From positions 1,860,001 through 1,924,000 of the forward strand of contig VRMN01000002.1 in the NCBI GenBank assembly GCA_008690995.1: a stretch of 64,000 nt of DNA. Reading direction: 5' to 3'. Positions within the stretch are counted from its first letter, which is position 1. Each line of letters begins with the position of its first letter. The DNA is from Porphyridium purpureum. Its lineage: Eukaryota. The translations under genes were made by a program, and so were the position numbers. The notes below the pieces were generated by a model. The model had not been told where the DNA came from and did not search any database. It was given only the letters and a program-made list of their open reading frames with translations. Of the stretch, positions 43,418-53,194 are shown one piece after another.

Positions 43418-44782
43418 ATGGACCGTTCGGAGAGAATGATGAGAAGGAAGCACGAATTCGTGTGCGCCGCGGGGTATGTGGCTCTGCAGCGCGTGCCTGC
43501 GGCGGGCAAGAGCGGCGCGATGAAAAATGATGTGGGTGTCGCAGAGAGTTCGCGGCACCCAGCGCCGTCGGCGCTGGCAAAGAAGCACGACCGAGGCGGA
43601 GTGGTCGTGGTGGTTAATACTGTCGGGAGCGCGGAAGCAGACGACATCGCGAACCATGCGGTCACCAAGGTCAACCATGTCCTCAAAGCATTCCAAGACG
43701 CCGGCGGTATTGTACAACAACAGTTTGTGACTGTTTTCAACAGCACAGCGCGCAGCATTTACGCACTCACAAAGCGTGTCAGGCGGACTAAGAAATTACC
43801 GTCAGCAGGGGTGGTCGACGAAGAGAAAGCCGCACCTCGACTGAGCTTCAACTTCAGCAGACAAAATCTCGCTCAAATACGCAAGGAAGCCTTGCAGCGC
43901 ATGAACGACAGCAAGTACAAAATCGCGGCGGCGTCGATGGCGCGCCTGGCGGCCATTGTGTTGCTCTTCCCGCTCGATACACTCAAGAGCAACCTGCAGC
44001 TGCAGGCGAGCAGCGGGCGCAAACTCCGGGCTGCGCTTAGAAAGTCGGTGCCGGTGTTTCGTGGATTGCCGCAAGGTATTGCGGCGCACGTCCCGGGCGG
44101 CGTTTTGGCGTTTTTGCTGTACGACTTGCTCGACCACAGCGTGCTGGGTAAGGCATCGAACGGAAACGCTACAGAGCCGAACGGAAGTACCAGGCCCCTG
44201 CGCTCCTTTGCGGCGGCATGCGTGGCCGACTTTCTCGTGTCCTTCTGGGTAGTTCCGTTCGAACAGTGGAAGGTCAAACTGCAAACCGGCTCGTACATGG
44301 GCAAGGCCAGTATGGCAAGTACGTACCAGGGCTGGTTTACTCACGTCAAGCGTGACTTTGCGTTTCGCGCATTGCAGCTCGTGATCTATAACCGCGCACT
44401 GCGAGCTGCTGAAACCAGGAAACAGGCCGAGCTCGACGCATCCGAGCTCTTCGCCGTTGGGGCAGCCAGCGCAGCAGTGAGCAGCCTGCTCACCACGCCC
44501 TTAGACGTGGTGCGCACGCGCATGATGACACAGCAGCTTGGCGCAGCCAGGCTATACGCCACGGCTGGCAAGTGCTTCTCTGCTACCGTCAGAGCGGAAG
44601 GTTACAAAGCACTCATGCGAGGCGCGCTTGTGCGTTCCCTTTATGTGATTCCGGCAACCGCCATATTTTATGTGGTTTATGAAATGGCTCGCACGACACT
44701 GGAGGAACGTCTGAAACTGGCAAAGGCTGTCATGCCCATGAAGGTGCACCGCCGAAAACTCTCTCGTGGCGCGCGTAAGTGA
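43418..44782 (+). CDS. Mitochondrial carrier family protein (SAM-carrier-like) with N-terminal extension
   Basis: Three carrier signatures: FPLDTLKS, VPFEQWKV, TTPLDVVRTRM. Start uncertain. Confidence 0.88.
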   Translation: MDRSERMMRRKHEFVCAAGYVALQRVPAAGKSGAMKNDVGVAESSRHPAPSALAKKHDRGGVVVVVNTVGSAEADDIANHAVTKVNHVLKAFQDAGGIVQQQFVTVFNSTARSIYALTKRVRRTKKLPSAGVVDEEKAAPRLSFNFSRQNLAQIRKEALQRMNDSKYKIAAASMARLAAIVLLFPLDTLKSNLQLQASSGRKLRAALRKSVPVFRGLPQGIAAHVPGGVLAFLLYDLLDHSVLGKASNGNATEPNGSTRPLRSFAAACVADFLVSFWVVPFEQWKVKLQTGSYMGKASMASTYQGWFTHVKRDFAFRALQLVIYNRALRAAETRKQAELDASELFAVGAASAAVSSLLTTPLDVVRTRMMTQQLGAARLYATAGKCFSATVRAEGYKALMRGALVRSLYVIPATAIFYVVYEMARTTLEERLKLAKAVMPMKVHRRKLSRGARK

Positions 44783-45186
44783 AGATCGAATTCACGCGCT
44801 GCCTGAGCAGCTGCTTGCGCTCGTCGACGTGGCTCTGCTGTCGTGTCCGGCCTCCCTTTTTATGCTCGATGTTTCGTTCGAGTGATTTAAGAACAGTGGC
44901 CGCACGAAAGAGAGAGGAGCTCTGTTATGGGGATCCGTGATCCGGAACAACAAAGACAACAACAAAAAATTGGATAGAGGAACTTTCCGTGCAGAGCGAT
45001 TGTGATCCTTCTCGAGTCACTTCTTGCGGTCGCAAAATGCACGAACCTTTTGAGATGGCTTACAAGACATCGGTCTTGGAATGTTCCTCACATCCACGTC
45101 AATACGAGGCTTTCAGGTAAACTTTACATACCACATTGCCCTGTTCCCTACTCTAGCTCAGGTTCAATGTTCTGGCGCGGCTCTGC

Positions 45187-46362
45187 TTAAGGAGTAGGTG
45201 ATGGTGGTTCGCCACCTTCATCCTTGCAGGTGCGGTGTTCACTTTCAGCTTCTTCTTCTCCCGGTTCGCCCGTTTCTGACTCGACGACCTGGCCATCGCT
45301 GCCAATTGCCTCCGCGTCGAGGTTGCCTGGATCAGCATGTCGTTCGACGCCCTCTACTTCGTTGGGATGGTCCGTTCTTGACACTTCATCGTGCGCGTCG
45401 GCCTGCACATCCTCTACAGCGGTGGATGGCCCTTCTTCGACTCTGTTCTCTGCTAGAGCAGAGCCAGCATCGGCGCCCTCGGCATCGTCGCGCGTTGCAG
45501 GGGGAGCCCCAGGCTCAACTGCTCTGGCGTGCTCGTGACTTGCCATATCTGGCACTCCAGGACCTGCTGCGTCTTCACCGGGTTCTTCGCCAACAGACGC
45601 TGAACCTGACGCACTGATTTCACTCGTTTCACTCATTGTTGTTTCTGCTGCCTCGACCGGTCTTTCTGCGTGAGTGGTCTCTTCCCCGGCCAGATGCGCC
45701 TCCGGGACCATGATCTGGACACTGTCACTGCTCGAAGCAACAGCTCTGGGTGTTCTGGATTGCTTCGTCTTGCGATACAAGAGATGTCCTTCAGTCATGG
45801 CATGGGACATCATTGACATGTAGAGATGGAGTGCAAGGGACGACTCATCGTTACCGGGGATCGGGTACTGCACCTCTTTCGGATCGCAGTCCGTATCCAG
45901 CACGGCGATCACCTGCATCGACATGACGTTGGCCTCGGCGATTGCGACGCGATTTTTTCTCGCGTCCATCACAAAGAGCGCGTCCGGAAGCTTGTTCCCA
46001 AACCGTTGAAGAGTACCCATTTGAGCGGCGTTGGTAAACATACCCCCTATCCAGCGCTTCGACTTTCTTTGGAAGATCGCGCCTGGCGTGCGTTCCGCAA
46101 TCGAGACGAGCATGTCATGCTGTGTTTCCTCGCGCGGACCCAGCCAGTATATTCTGCCACCACTTGCAGTCAGCTCGCGCGCAAAGCGCAGCGCGTCCGC
46201 CATGAGCACAACAGTCTTGTCCAAGTTGATAATATGCATACCATTGCGCACGCCAAGAATAAACGGCGCCATGCGCGGGTTCCACACGCGCGTCTTGTGC
46301 CCCAAATGCACGCGCGCGTCCATGAACCGCCGCAGCACGTTCTCGGACGTGCGTGCCGACAT
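45187..46362 (-). CDS. rps2: Bacterial-type ribosomal protein S2 (probably mitochondrial) with long acidic C-terminal tail
   Basis: ARVHLGHKTRVWNPRMAPFILGVRNGMHIINLDKT, RWIGGMFTN, PDALFV.D, AIAEA, DTDCDP..VQYPIPGNDES. Confidence 0.92.
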   Translation of the reverse strand: MSARTSENVLRRFMDARVHLGHKTRVWNPRMAPFILGVRNGMHIINLDKTVVLMADALRFARELTASGGRIYWLGPREETQHDMLVSIAERTPGAIFQRKSKRWIGGMFTNAAQMGTLQRFGNKLPDALFVMDARKNRVAIAEANVMSMQVIAVLDTDCDPKEVQYPIPGNDESSLALHLYMSMMSHAMTEGHLLYRKTKQSRTPRAVASSSDSVQIMVPEAHLAGEETTHAERPVEAAETTMSETSEISASGSASVGEEPGEDAAGPGVPDMASHEHARAVEPGAPPATRDDAEGADAGSALAENRVEEGPSTAVEDVQADAHDEVSRTDHPNEVEGVERHADPGNLDAEAIGSDGQVVESETGEPGEEEAESEHRTCKDEGGEPPSPTP

Positions 46363-46697
46363 CGTGCTGCGCCGTGCCGCGCTCCTCACCACCCACACAA
46401 GCCCTCAACAACGCGGTTCTCCTTCCTTCGGCCTCGTCACAAACCCCCAAGCCACACCCACCGCCCACGTCAAGCCTACTTTTCTGTCCCACGTGCATTC
46501 GGCCGAACAGTACTTCGGTTGGACAATGTGTACACGATGTACAGCGCGTTAACCGATGAACTGTTAGACCGTTTACGACGTGACGTAGCCGAAACCGGTT
46601 TACGGATTCATTCGTTCAGAGGTGTTCGGGGGGAGGAGCATGGTGGTGTGGAAAACTGGCAAGGTAGGTGTTTGACCGTCCGAAGAAGACGACCAGG

Positions 46698-47702
46698 ATG
46701 TCCAAATCGCAGCGTGCGAGGCGCCATGGTAGGCCTAAGCTGAAGCAAATGTACAGAGGTATGACCTGGATCACCGTGGAATGGCTGGCTGTGCTTTTTA
46801 TTTGGATGACGTGTGTGTTCGGCGAACAGGACGTTCCCAATTCATGCGCAACTGAGAGGTGTTCTGGTTTGCGGTCTACAAACGACATGCCGGATTCGTG
46901 TGGATTAGGAGGCAAGGAGCAAATTTGCGCAGTGAGTGCTGAGGAAGAGCTGCCAGAGCCGGCGAATCGCGCCTGTGCAAGTCTGACGAGAATGACCCGC
47001 TTTGACGAACAAGCCGCAACGCACATCGATGTTGACTATGAAAGCGGTGAGCAACCTGCGCAGCTTTATGCGCGCGTGGTGAATGAATCACGCTTACTGG
47101 ACATTTTGCGTGCATCCTCTGCGTTGGCACCAGTGTCCACGTCCGTGTTGGAGGTGGGCGATGAGAGAAAGCCAGCACGTTCCGCTCGCTCCAATTCGCA
47201 TGAGTTTGTTTTGGTGAACTTTCATGCAACTGGATGGTGTCGCTTTTCGCAGGCTTTTGAGTCGACGTACGCTTTACTTGCCGCATCCTTTCCGGAACTG
47301 TGCGTTCTATCGATCGATGCATACCACAATGCCGCGTTCAATTCGCGTTTCGGCGCACATGCGTTTCCGTCCGTGATTCTATTTCATGCCGGAGAGCCGC
47401 TGTTCCGCTACCGCGGCAACCGCACTGTCGATTCGCTCGCATCGTGGCTGCGCACCCGCATCACCGATCTGTCCAAGCACCGCGAACCTCATTTACAAGT
47501 CGAGGAGCAGGTCTCGCGCTTTTACAACCTGCGGGCAAAGGCGCGTGCGCAGCTGGACGATGCCCAGCAAGACCGATTCTGGCCTTTCAAGCTCGCCGCC
47601 GCAATTATATCTGTCTTAGGTTCGCTTATCTGTAGTATCAGGCTGGCGCGCTGGTGCTTTGAGTGGTTCGTGCCGCTCGGCTGGCCGCCTTCTGACGATT
47701 AA
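46698..47702 (+). CDS. Thioredoxin-like membrane protein (TXNDC15/APR-like)
   Basis: Signal-like segment, VLVNFHATGWCRFS, FGAHAFPSVILF...YRGNRTVDSL, C-terminal TM. Confidence 0.8.
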   Translation: MSKSQRARRHGRPKLKQMYRGMTWITVEWLAVLFIWMTCVFGEQDVPNSCATERCSGLRSTNDMPDSCGLGGKEQICAVSAEEELPEPANRACASLTRMTRFDEQAATHIDVDYESGEQPAQLYARVVNESRLLDILRASSALAPVSTSVLEVGDERKPARSARSNSHEFVLVNFHATGWCRFSQAFESTYALLAASFPELCVLSIDAYHNAAFNSRFGAHAFPSVILFHAGEPLFRYRGNRTVDSLASWLRTRITDLSKHREPHLQVEEQVSRFYNLRAKARAQLDDAQQDRFWPFKLAAAIISVLGSLICSIRLARWCFEWFVPLGWPPSDD

Positions 47703-47793
47703 ACTTCTGCGGGAGCCATGGCGGCCGAAGACTGAACAGAAATTTTATGTTAAACCAAAGAAGAAAAGTCTGGCTTTTGCGGGCACAGCTATC

Positions 47794-48915
47794 ATGCTGG
47801 CATGGGTGATCACCGGCCCCGCCCCAGCCCGTGCGACGCATCGCGCGCAAACGTGCGCGCACACAAATGGGCCGCGGCACTTCAAGACTGTACAAGCATG
47901 CTCTGTGCGCGACGCATTCCAGCGGCACGAATCTCGCCTCGATCAGCTACGGGAGGCGGGGCTCGCGGGTGTAGGCCAGAACTCGCTGATTGACCTATTG
48001 GAACGTTTCGACATCCTGCTGCACGAACTGCTCCAGATAACGGCTGCGGATCCGTCGCTGAGCAAACTTGTCGAGCAAGCGGCTTTCTCCTCAGGTCCCG
48101 CGGGAAGGCAATACGCGCAGATTCTACTCGCGCAGTTTGTCAAGGTGTGCGACCAGCGCACAAATGGGATGGCGCTAAATGCCTTCCAAAGGAATGTGTC
48201 GTTCCGTGCGAATCGGATTTTTAATCCAGCTCGAATCGCGTCGTTTTACAGCGTCTTCCTGGAAAGTGTTGATTGGTCGACGGCTGCGTCGGCACTCGCG
48301 TACGTGGGCATTCCCCCGCAGACCTACATGGTGGAGCGCACTTCGCTCGGACGAGTCTTTACTTATGACCCGTCGCAGCGCACCAAAGATATTGTGTACG
48401 TGCGAGGCCCGAATGACGGGCCTTTTGATGTACTGATTGACGTCGATCGGCTCCTCAAACACGTTCTCACCATTCAGCTCGATATTGATTTATCCGCCCT
48501 CAAGGAGGATTATGACGCGAGCGCGCGCAGGATCGAGCTCGTGAGCATATCCGAAGGTAGCGCAATGGGCGCACGCTTGTCACCACACGAATGGCTGATG
48601 GCGCAGATACCAGATGATGCGCTGGCACAGCACGTGCGAGATGTTGTCATGGGCATTGTGCGGGTGGCGCTGGAAATGAGCCTAAGCTGCGAGTGGTGTG
48701 AGTCGGTCCGCGTGCGGCCCAACTCAGACCCGCTGCTCGCGGCCATGGCGCCCTGCATGTTTGCTGTTGCACTATGCTTCGCGGGTATTCTGGATCAATA
48801 CGAGAAGAACTGGGCCAGAAGAAGATCAAGCGGGGCTGAAGAGGATCTTCGAGCCCTAGGGCTTACCTTTTCCGAGGACGAGAGCGGTCTCAGTCTGCTC
48901 TGGAAGAGACCATGA
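47794..48915 (+). CDS. Hypothetical protein, possibly plastid-targeted
   Basis: Long uninterrupted ORF with an MLAWV.. transit-like start. No recognised domain. Confidence 0.6.
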   Translation: MLAWVITGPAPARATHRAQTCAHTNGPRHFKTVQACSVRDAFQRHESRLDQLREAGLAGVGQNSLIDLLERFDILLHELLQITAADPSLSKLVEQAAFSSGPAGRQYAQILLAQFVKVCDQRTNGMALNAFQRNVSFRANRIFNPARIASFYSVFLESVDWSTAASALAYVGIPPQTYMVERTSLGRVFTYDPSQRTKDIVYVRGPNDGPFDVLIDVDRLLKHVLTIQLDIDLSALKEDYDASARRIELVSISEGSAMGARLSPHEWLMAQIPDDALAQHVRDVVMGIVRVALEMSLSCEWCESVRVRPNSDPLLAAMAPCMFAVALCFAGILDQYEKNWARRRSSGAEEDLRALGLTFSEDESGLSLLWKRP

Positions 48916-48999
48916 GGGCTACACTTCTGACGTGCGGTAATTGCGAAATGCGACTGTGGCATGGCACGATGCTACCTCTCATGTCAGGAAAGGCCATTT

Positions 49000-51939
49000 T
49001 CAAGCATGAACGCTGTCGTCGTCTTCATCAATTCTTATGTTTGCCTGAACCTCAATGATCGATAGAAAGTGGACGAGCTCAGGGTCATGCCTGATCTTCT
49101 CATACTCTTCGTTGACTACGGCGGGAAGCATTTCCGGCGTGATGCCAGTCCGTGAGAAACGCTCGCGATTTCGTTCTACGCGAGCCCACAGAATTGCCAC
49201 AAATTCTTCTAGCGTTTGGGTGGGATCAAGCCGATACGAATCCCCGAATTGGTCGTACACGTAGTTGATTCTTTGTTCCGTCCCTGCGCTCATGGCGACC
49301 AGCTCATGACGACGCTGCTGCAATCGGCTGTGCTCGCGAATACATCTCTCCACCCACGAGAGCAGCACAATGTCTTTCTTGCCCCCTTGCCTCTCGACAA
49401 TTTTTACAGCACGACGATCTGTGCCTTGCGCTGCCTGGGCGTAAGTTCTCACCCAGTCTTGGACATCTGGATTGTTGGCTGAAGAGGCAAGAAAGCAAGT
49501 TGCCTCAGCGGCGCTGCGTGCATTGATTGAAGGCAGCATAATGCCGCCATGTTCCTCCACGAGGCACTGCACTTCTTCTTCCTTGTTTGCGTGCCCAAGC
49601 CAGCAAAACTTGAGATCCTTGAAGATATCACTTTTCCGCTCCTGACAAGCTCGTCCGGGAGGTCCTTGTACGAAACCGCTCTTTGCATCGAGCGCGGCAC
49701 TCACTCGCCGCTTTTTCCTCTTCAAACCACTAGGGTTCAAAGGTCGCACCGGCCCCTGTATTGATGTGGTCCTTGCTCTGTGCAAGAGGTCGCTTATTGT
49801 GTCGATATCCTGAATGGCCTTGTCGTGTGGATCCCGAATGTTTGTGACACGTGGGAATCGCAATTCACCGGAAAAGCCGCCATCTGAGTCCCTCGAGAGA
49901 TTGTACGCCTTGACAGTCAGAATCCTGGAGCGTCTCGGGTCCCGAATCCAGACATCTGGATGCTTCAGTGACATGCCTCCAGGAACAATCAGGTACGGCG
50001 GCCTCCATGACCGTCCAGTCTCTTTCGAGTCCACGGCATTATGGACGAATGCAAGGTTGAGCTTTCCAGCTTCTTCGTCCGAGTAGCCCGTACCAACCCT
50101 GCCAATTGGTACGAATAGCAGCTCCTGATCATCATTCACGGCATGCTCTTGCAGCAGCGCAAGATGGAAATGCGACAACATCTTCGACCGCCGCTCGCCT
50201 GTTCCGTAGCTCCCACCGATGATTACTGCGTCAATATCCGTGATACCGCCGCCAAAGTAATCGGGCTTGAGCTTCAGCGACACTATTGGTGACCTTTTGT
50301 TGACTGCGTATTCAGCGCTCATGTTTTTCATGACCAACCCCTCATGGCCGAGGTCTACCACGTACTCGTGCAGCTTTTCTCTGACCTCGTCAGCGGATGT
50401 CACAGCCTCGTACGGTGCGATCGAGATTATGTCGTCTGGACGCGAAGCATCAGTTTTCACGATACTTTCAAGAATGCGCTTCCGCTCGTGGCGAGGCTTC
50501 CACGCGACCTGCCAGGTGTCTAACGCGTATGTCCTTCGTGTGCTGCGGTCATTAACAACAGCACCATCCAAGTAAAGCACGTCAAAGACCATAAACTTCA
50601 GACTCTGCCTGCCCACTGTGCCCCCATGGCTTGGTGGATCATTGTTTATGGCAAACGAGCGTAGTCGTTCAAATGGTTCAGCGCTTCCCATACGACCAAC
50701 ACCTCTCATGCTGACTGATTCTTTCGAAAGCTGGTCAGTCTCGTGATTCCATAAAACAACTTCACCGTCCAGAACACAGGACATGGCCTCAACTTGTGCG
50801 TTGATCGGACCCGCTAGCCACTTTGCGTAGTTCGAGTTTTCATCGACCAAATTTCGCGAAAAGAGTTGTACATGCTTTCCGTTCTTGTGCACCTGCAACC
50901 GCTGGCCGTCATATTTGGGTTCGATGACGACGCCTGCGTTTGCGCTGCCCTTTAGCATATCCTTGAATTGTGCTTCGAAAAAGTCGGAATTGCCGCGAGC
51001 GGAAAGCTCAACACCAAATGGCTTGTTCAGAATCACTCGCGACCGCCTTGCGTCCTGGTACGCACCATCTGTGCGATACATTTTTTGCATTTCCTCCTCA
51101 GACTTCTCACACAGAATCTTGAGGTCATGGTGAGAGTTGTATTCGACCTCGGCACCCGGAAAGTACCATTTCAAAATCGTCATCTCGGAGGTACGTAGGC
51201 GCATCTCTTTCAGAATCAGCCGCACAAGCCAGCGATTCTCGTCCGGTGTGCACCGAGCAATGAGATTTCCAAGGGCTGACCGCGCCTGGGCACCTGCCCC
51301 GGCTCCCTTGTATGCGTGCGCCAGGGCGTCCAGCGCCTGGTCGACCTCCCAAACCCGTATCCGATGTTCCCTGTATTGCCTTTTGGTGTCGCTTTCTTCA
51401 AGGAGGATGTTGTGGTTACGCTCCTTCAGAAACTTGAATACAACTTCGCTCAACATGCCTGCTGCTTCACCGGCCGCACGCTCATCTGTGAAATGCAGCA
51501 ACTGCTGCCAGCTTTCATCGGCAGACGCGCCCTTCAGGCCCATTGTGTTGATGTAAATTTGGCTGAGCGCTTTTGCTTGTATGCCATATTTGGATCTCAG
51601 GCTATCGAGACCCGGTACCAACAGCCTCAAGATTGGATAAGCGAGACACGCAGGCACCATTCCCGCTAGAATCTCCGTTTCGTCTGGGTGAGGCACGTGT
51701 GTTCTCCCCGGGCTTGGCTCTTTTTCTTGCCACATGCTCTTCAGGTGCAGAAAGATATCCCTCATCTCAGCCTTCTTCTCCTCGGTGCTCTTCTCGGTGA
51801 ATGTCTTGAACAAGGAACACAAGTGTTTGAACTTGAACGCTTTCAGCACCTCATCTGTTACCTTTTGCTTCTCATCGAACCAATCCTTTCTCTCCAGCAC
51901 CCGGTGCGACGATTCAGCGTTAGACACATGCCCCTGCAT
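49000..51939 (-). CDS. LIG4: DNA ligase IV-like ATP-dependent ligase with BRCT domain
   Basis: EPKYDGQRLQVHK...FSRN, LDGEV, VFDVLY, EGLVMK, KLKPDY, GRVGTGY, LRFPR, BRCT (IFKDLKFC...VEEHGG...SWVERC), YDQFGDSY. Confidence 0.9.
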   Translation of the reverse strand: MQGHVSNAESSHRVLERKDWFDEKQKVTDEVLKAFKFKHLCSLFKTFTEKSTEEKKAEMRDIFLHLKSMWQEKEPSPGRTHVPHPDETEILAGMVPACLAYPILRLLVPGLDSLRSKYGIQAKALSQIYINTMGLKGASADESWQQLLHFTDERAAGEAAGMLSEVVFKFLKERNHNILLEESDTKRQYREHRIRVWEVDQALDALAHAYKGAGAGAQARSALGNLIARCTPDENRWLVRLILKEMRLRTSEMTILKWYFPGAEVEYNSHHDLKILCEKSEEEMQKMYRTDGAYQDARRSRVILNKPFGVELSARGNSDFFEAQFKDMLKGSANAGVVIEPKYDGQRLQVHKNGKHVQLFSRNLVDENSNYAKWLAGPINAQVEAMSCVLDGEVVLWNHETDQLSKESVSMRGVGRMGSAEPFERLRSFAINNDPPSHGGTVGRQSLKFMVFDVLYLDGAVVNDRSTRRTYALDTWQVAWKPRHERKRILESIVKTDASRPDDIISIAPYEAVTSADEVREKLHEYVVDLGHEGLVMKNMSAEYAVNKRSPIVSLKLKPDYFGGGITDIDAVIIGGSYGTGERRSKMLSHFHLALLQEHAVNDDQELLFVPIGRVGTGYSDEEAGKLNLAFVHNAVDSKETGRSWRPPYLIVPGGMSLKHPDVWIRDPRRSRILTVKAYNLSRDSDGGFSGELRFPRVTNIRDPHDKAIQDIDTISDLLHRARTTSIQGPVRPLNPSGLKRKKRRVSAALDAKSGFVQGPPGRACQERKSDIFKDLKFCWLGHANKEEEVQCLVEEHGGIMLPSINARSAAEATCFLASSANNPDVQDWVRTYAQAAQGTDRRAVKIVERQGGKKDIVLLSWVERCIREHSRLQQRRHELVAMSAGTEQRINYVYDQFGDSYRLDPTQTLEEFVAILWARVERNRERFSRTGITPEMLPAVVNEEYEKIRHDPELVHFLSIIEVQANIRIDEDDDSVHA

Positions 51940-52181
51940 TGTGCAAGATCTGCTCGCGAACCGCGCATCGTATGGTGTAGATTTCCTTTCCAATCGTCTC
52001 TCCCAACGCCTCTCGACCTTTCCTAGAGTCCAAAGATGGCCAGCAGTCCAGCTAGTCGTACCATGGACGGCTTACTTGACGAACGGATCACCTGGATCCC
52101 AGTCGAACGGCTGAGCCCTTTTCAAATGAGCAAAGTCACGCGGTGCTACACAGTCGGTTAGTGCAGGTCACAGATATCCCG

Positions 52182-52541
52182 CGACCGGCCCATGGGGGAG
52201 AGCTGCGACCACGACGCAACCACACAAGAACGAAACACCAACCTCCGGTTGGGAAAAGTTGGGAAGAAGTTGACAGAAACGGAAGCAGAGAATAATTGTG
52301 GCCTAGGGAAGACACGAAGACTGGAGAGGAAGTTGCAAAGCAGGATTGGCTGCTAGCTTCTCTCACGAATTGTGGCAGGTCGGACCCGTATTTTGTGACA
52401 AATCGTGATACTTTTATTGAGTAGGTCACCATCCGTACCAACCCGACCGAGGCCAGGTTAGTGGTCATGAAGAACTGTTATGTGAGTGCGTGCCATCTGT
52501 CCGTGATACGTAGTGTGGCCGGTCGTCTTGTCGTGCTGACA
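52182..52541 (-). ncRNA. Candidate structured RNA element (3' UTR or ncRNA) downstream of the coiled-coil gene
   Basis: 9-bp closing stem 52517-52525/52182-52190. Hairpins at 52437-52462, 52363-52408, 52238-52252 and 52201-52221, two of which need G-U pairs available only on the minus strand. Confidence 0.45.
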
Positions 52542-52549
52542 ACCACCAT

Positions 52550-53194
52550 TTACACGTAGATGATCGCGCGCGCGTTCGAAATGCTCAGCGTCACGTCGCA
52601 CTCGGCCTCAAACTCCTCGATGCGCTTCTCGAACTCTTGCAGCTTCGCATCGATGCTGATGGGATCAATCAGCTTGGACTCGTTGTTCTCCAGGAAAGGT
52701 CCAGTGATGCGCTCATAGTCCTCTTTGTTCAGCTGCGACTCGCGCTTCGCGTACGTCGCCTCCAGCAGCTTCATCATCTTGGCCTCCATCTCCGTGTTCT
52801 TGCTCTCGACCTGTCGCAGCTTGCGTGCATACTTCTCGCGCAGATTGCGCACCATCTCGCGCTCCAGCTCGATCTGCGCCTTGCGCTCAATCACCTCGGC
52901 TACCGTGTACGTGGTGCCGGCCACCTCAACCGACGTGGTCGCGTTCGAGAGCACCACTGCGCACTTGAGCTTGCGCTTTAGCTCCAACAGGTCCATCAGT
53001 GACTGCCAGTCGGCCTTGGTCTCCTTCTGGAACTGCTCCAGGCTCTTGTTCTGCATCGACTGCTCCAGCTTGGCACCGGTCTGAATACACACGGGCTCAA
53101 ACTCCTGGACCTGCTTCTCGACGCGCTTTCCAATCATCTTCATCTGCACGAGCGCACGCGCCACCGTGTACTCGGTCTTGCCCGTGTCCGCCAT
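52550..53194 (-). CDS. Prokaryote/virus-like coiled-coil protein (DIP1984/septicolysin-like as recalled), function unknown
   Basis: 214 aa, strongly G/C-ending codons. Internal duplication YTVARAL...SNATTSVEV / YTVAEVI...SNARAIIYV, plus LIDP motif. Confidence 0.75.
   Translation of the reverse strand: MADTGKTEYTVARALVQMKMIGKRVEKQVQEFEPVCIQTGAKLEQSMQNKSLEQFQKETKADWQSLMDLLELKRKLKCAVVLSNATTSVEVAGTTYTVAEVIERKAQIELEREMVRNLREKYARKLRQVESKNTEMEAKMMKLLEATYAKRESQLNKEDYERITGPFLENNESKLIDPISIDAKLQEFEKRIEEFEAECDVTLSISNARAIIYV

Noticed and set aside
52136..52468. 110-aa minus-strand ORF overlapping the candidate structured RNA
   Set aside because: It lacks the codon bias of neighbouring genes and has no motif, so a non-coding interpretation fits better. 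It has not been formally excluded.
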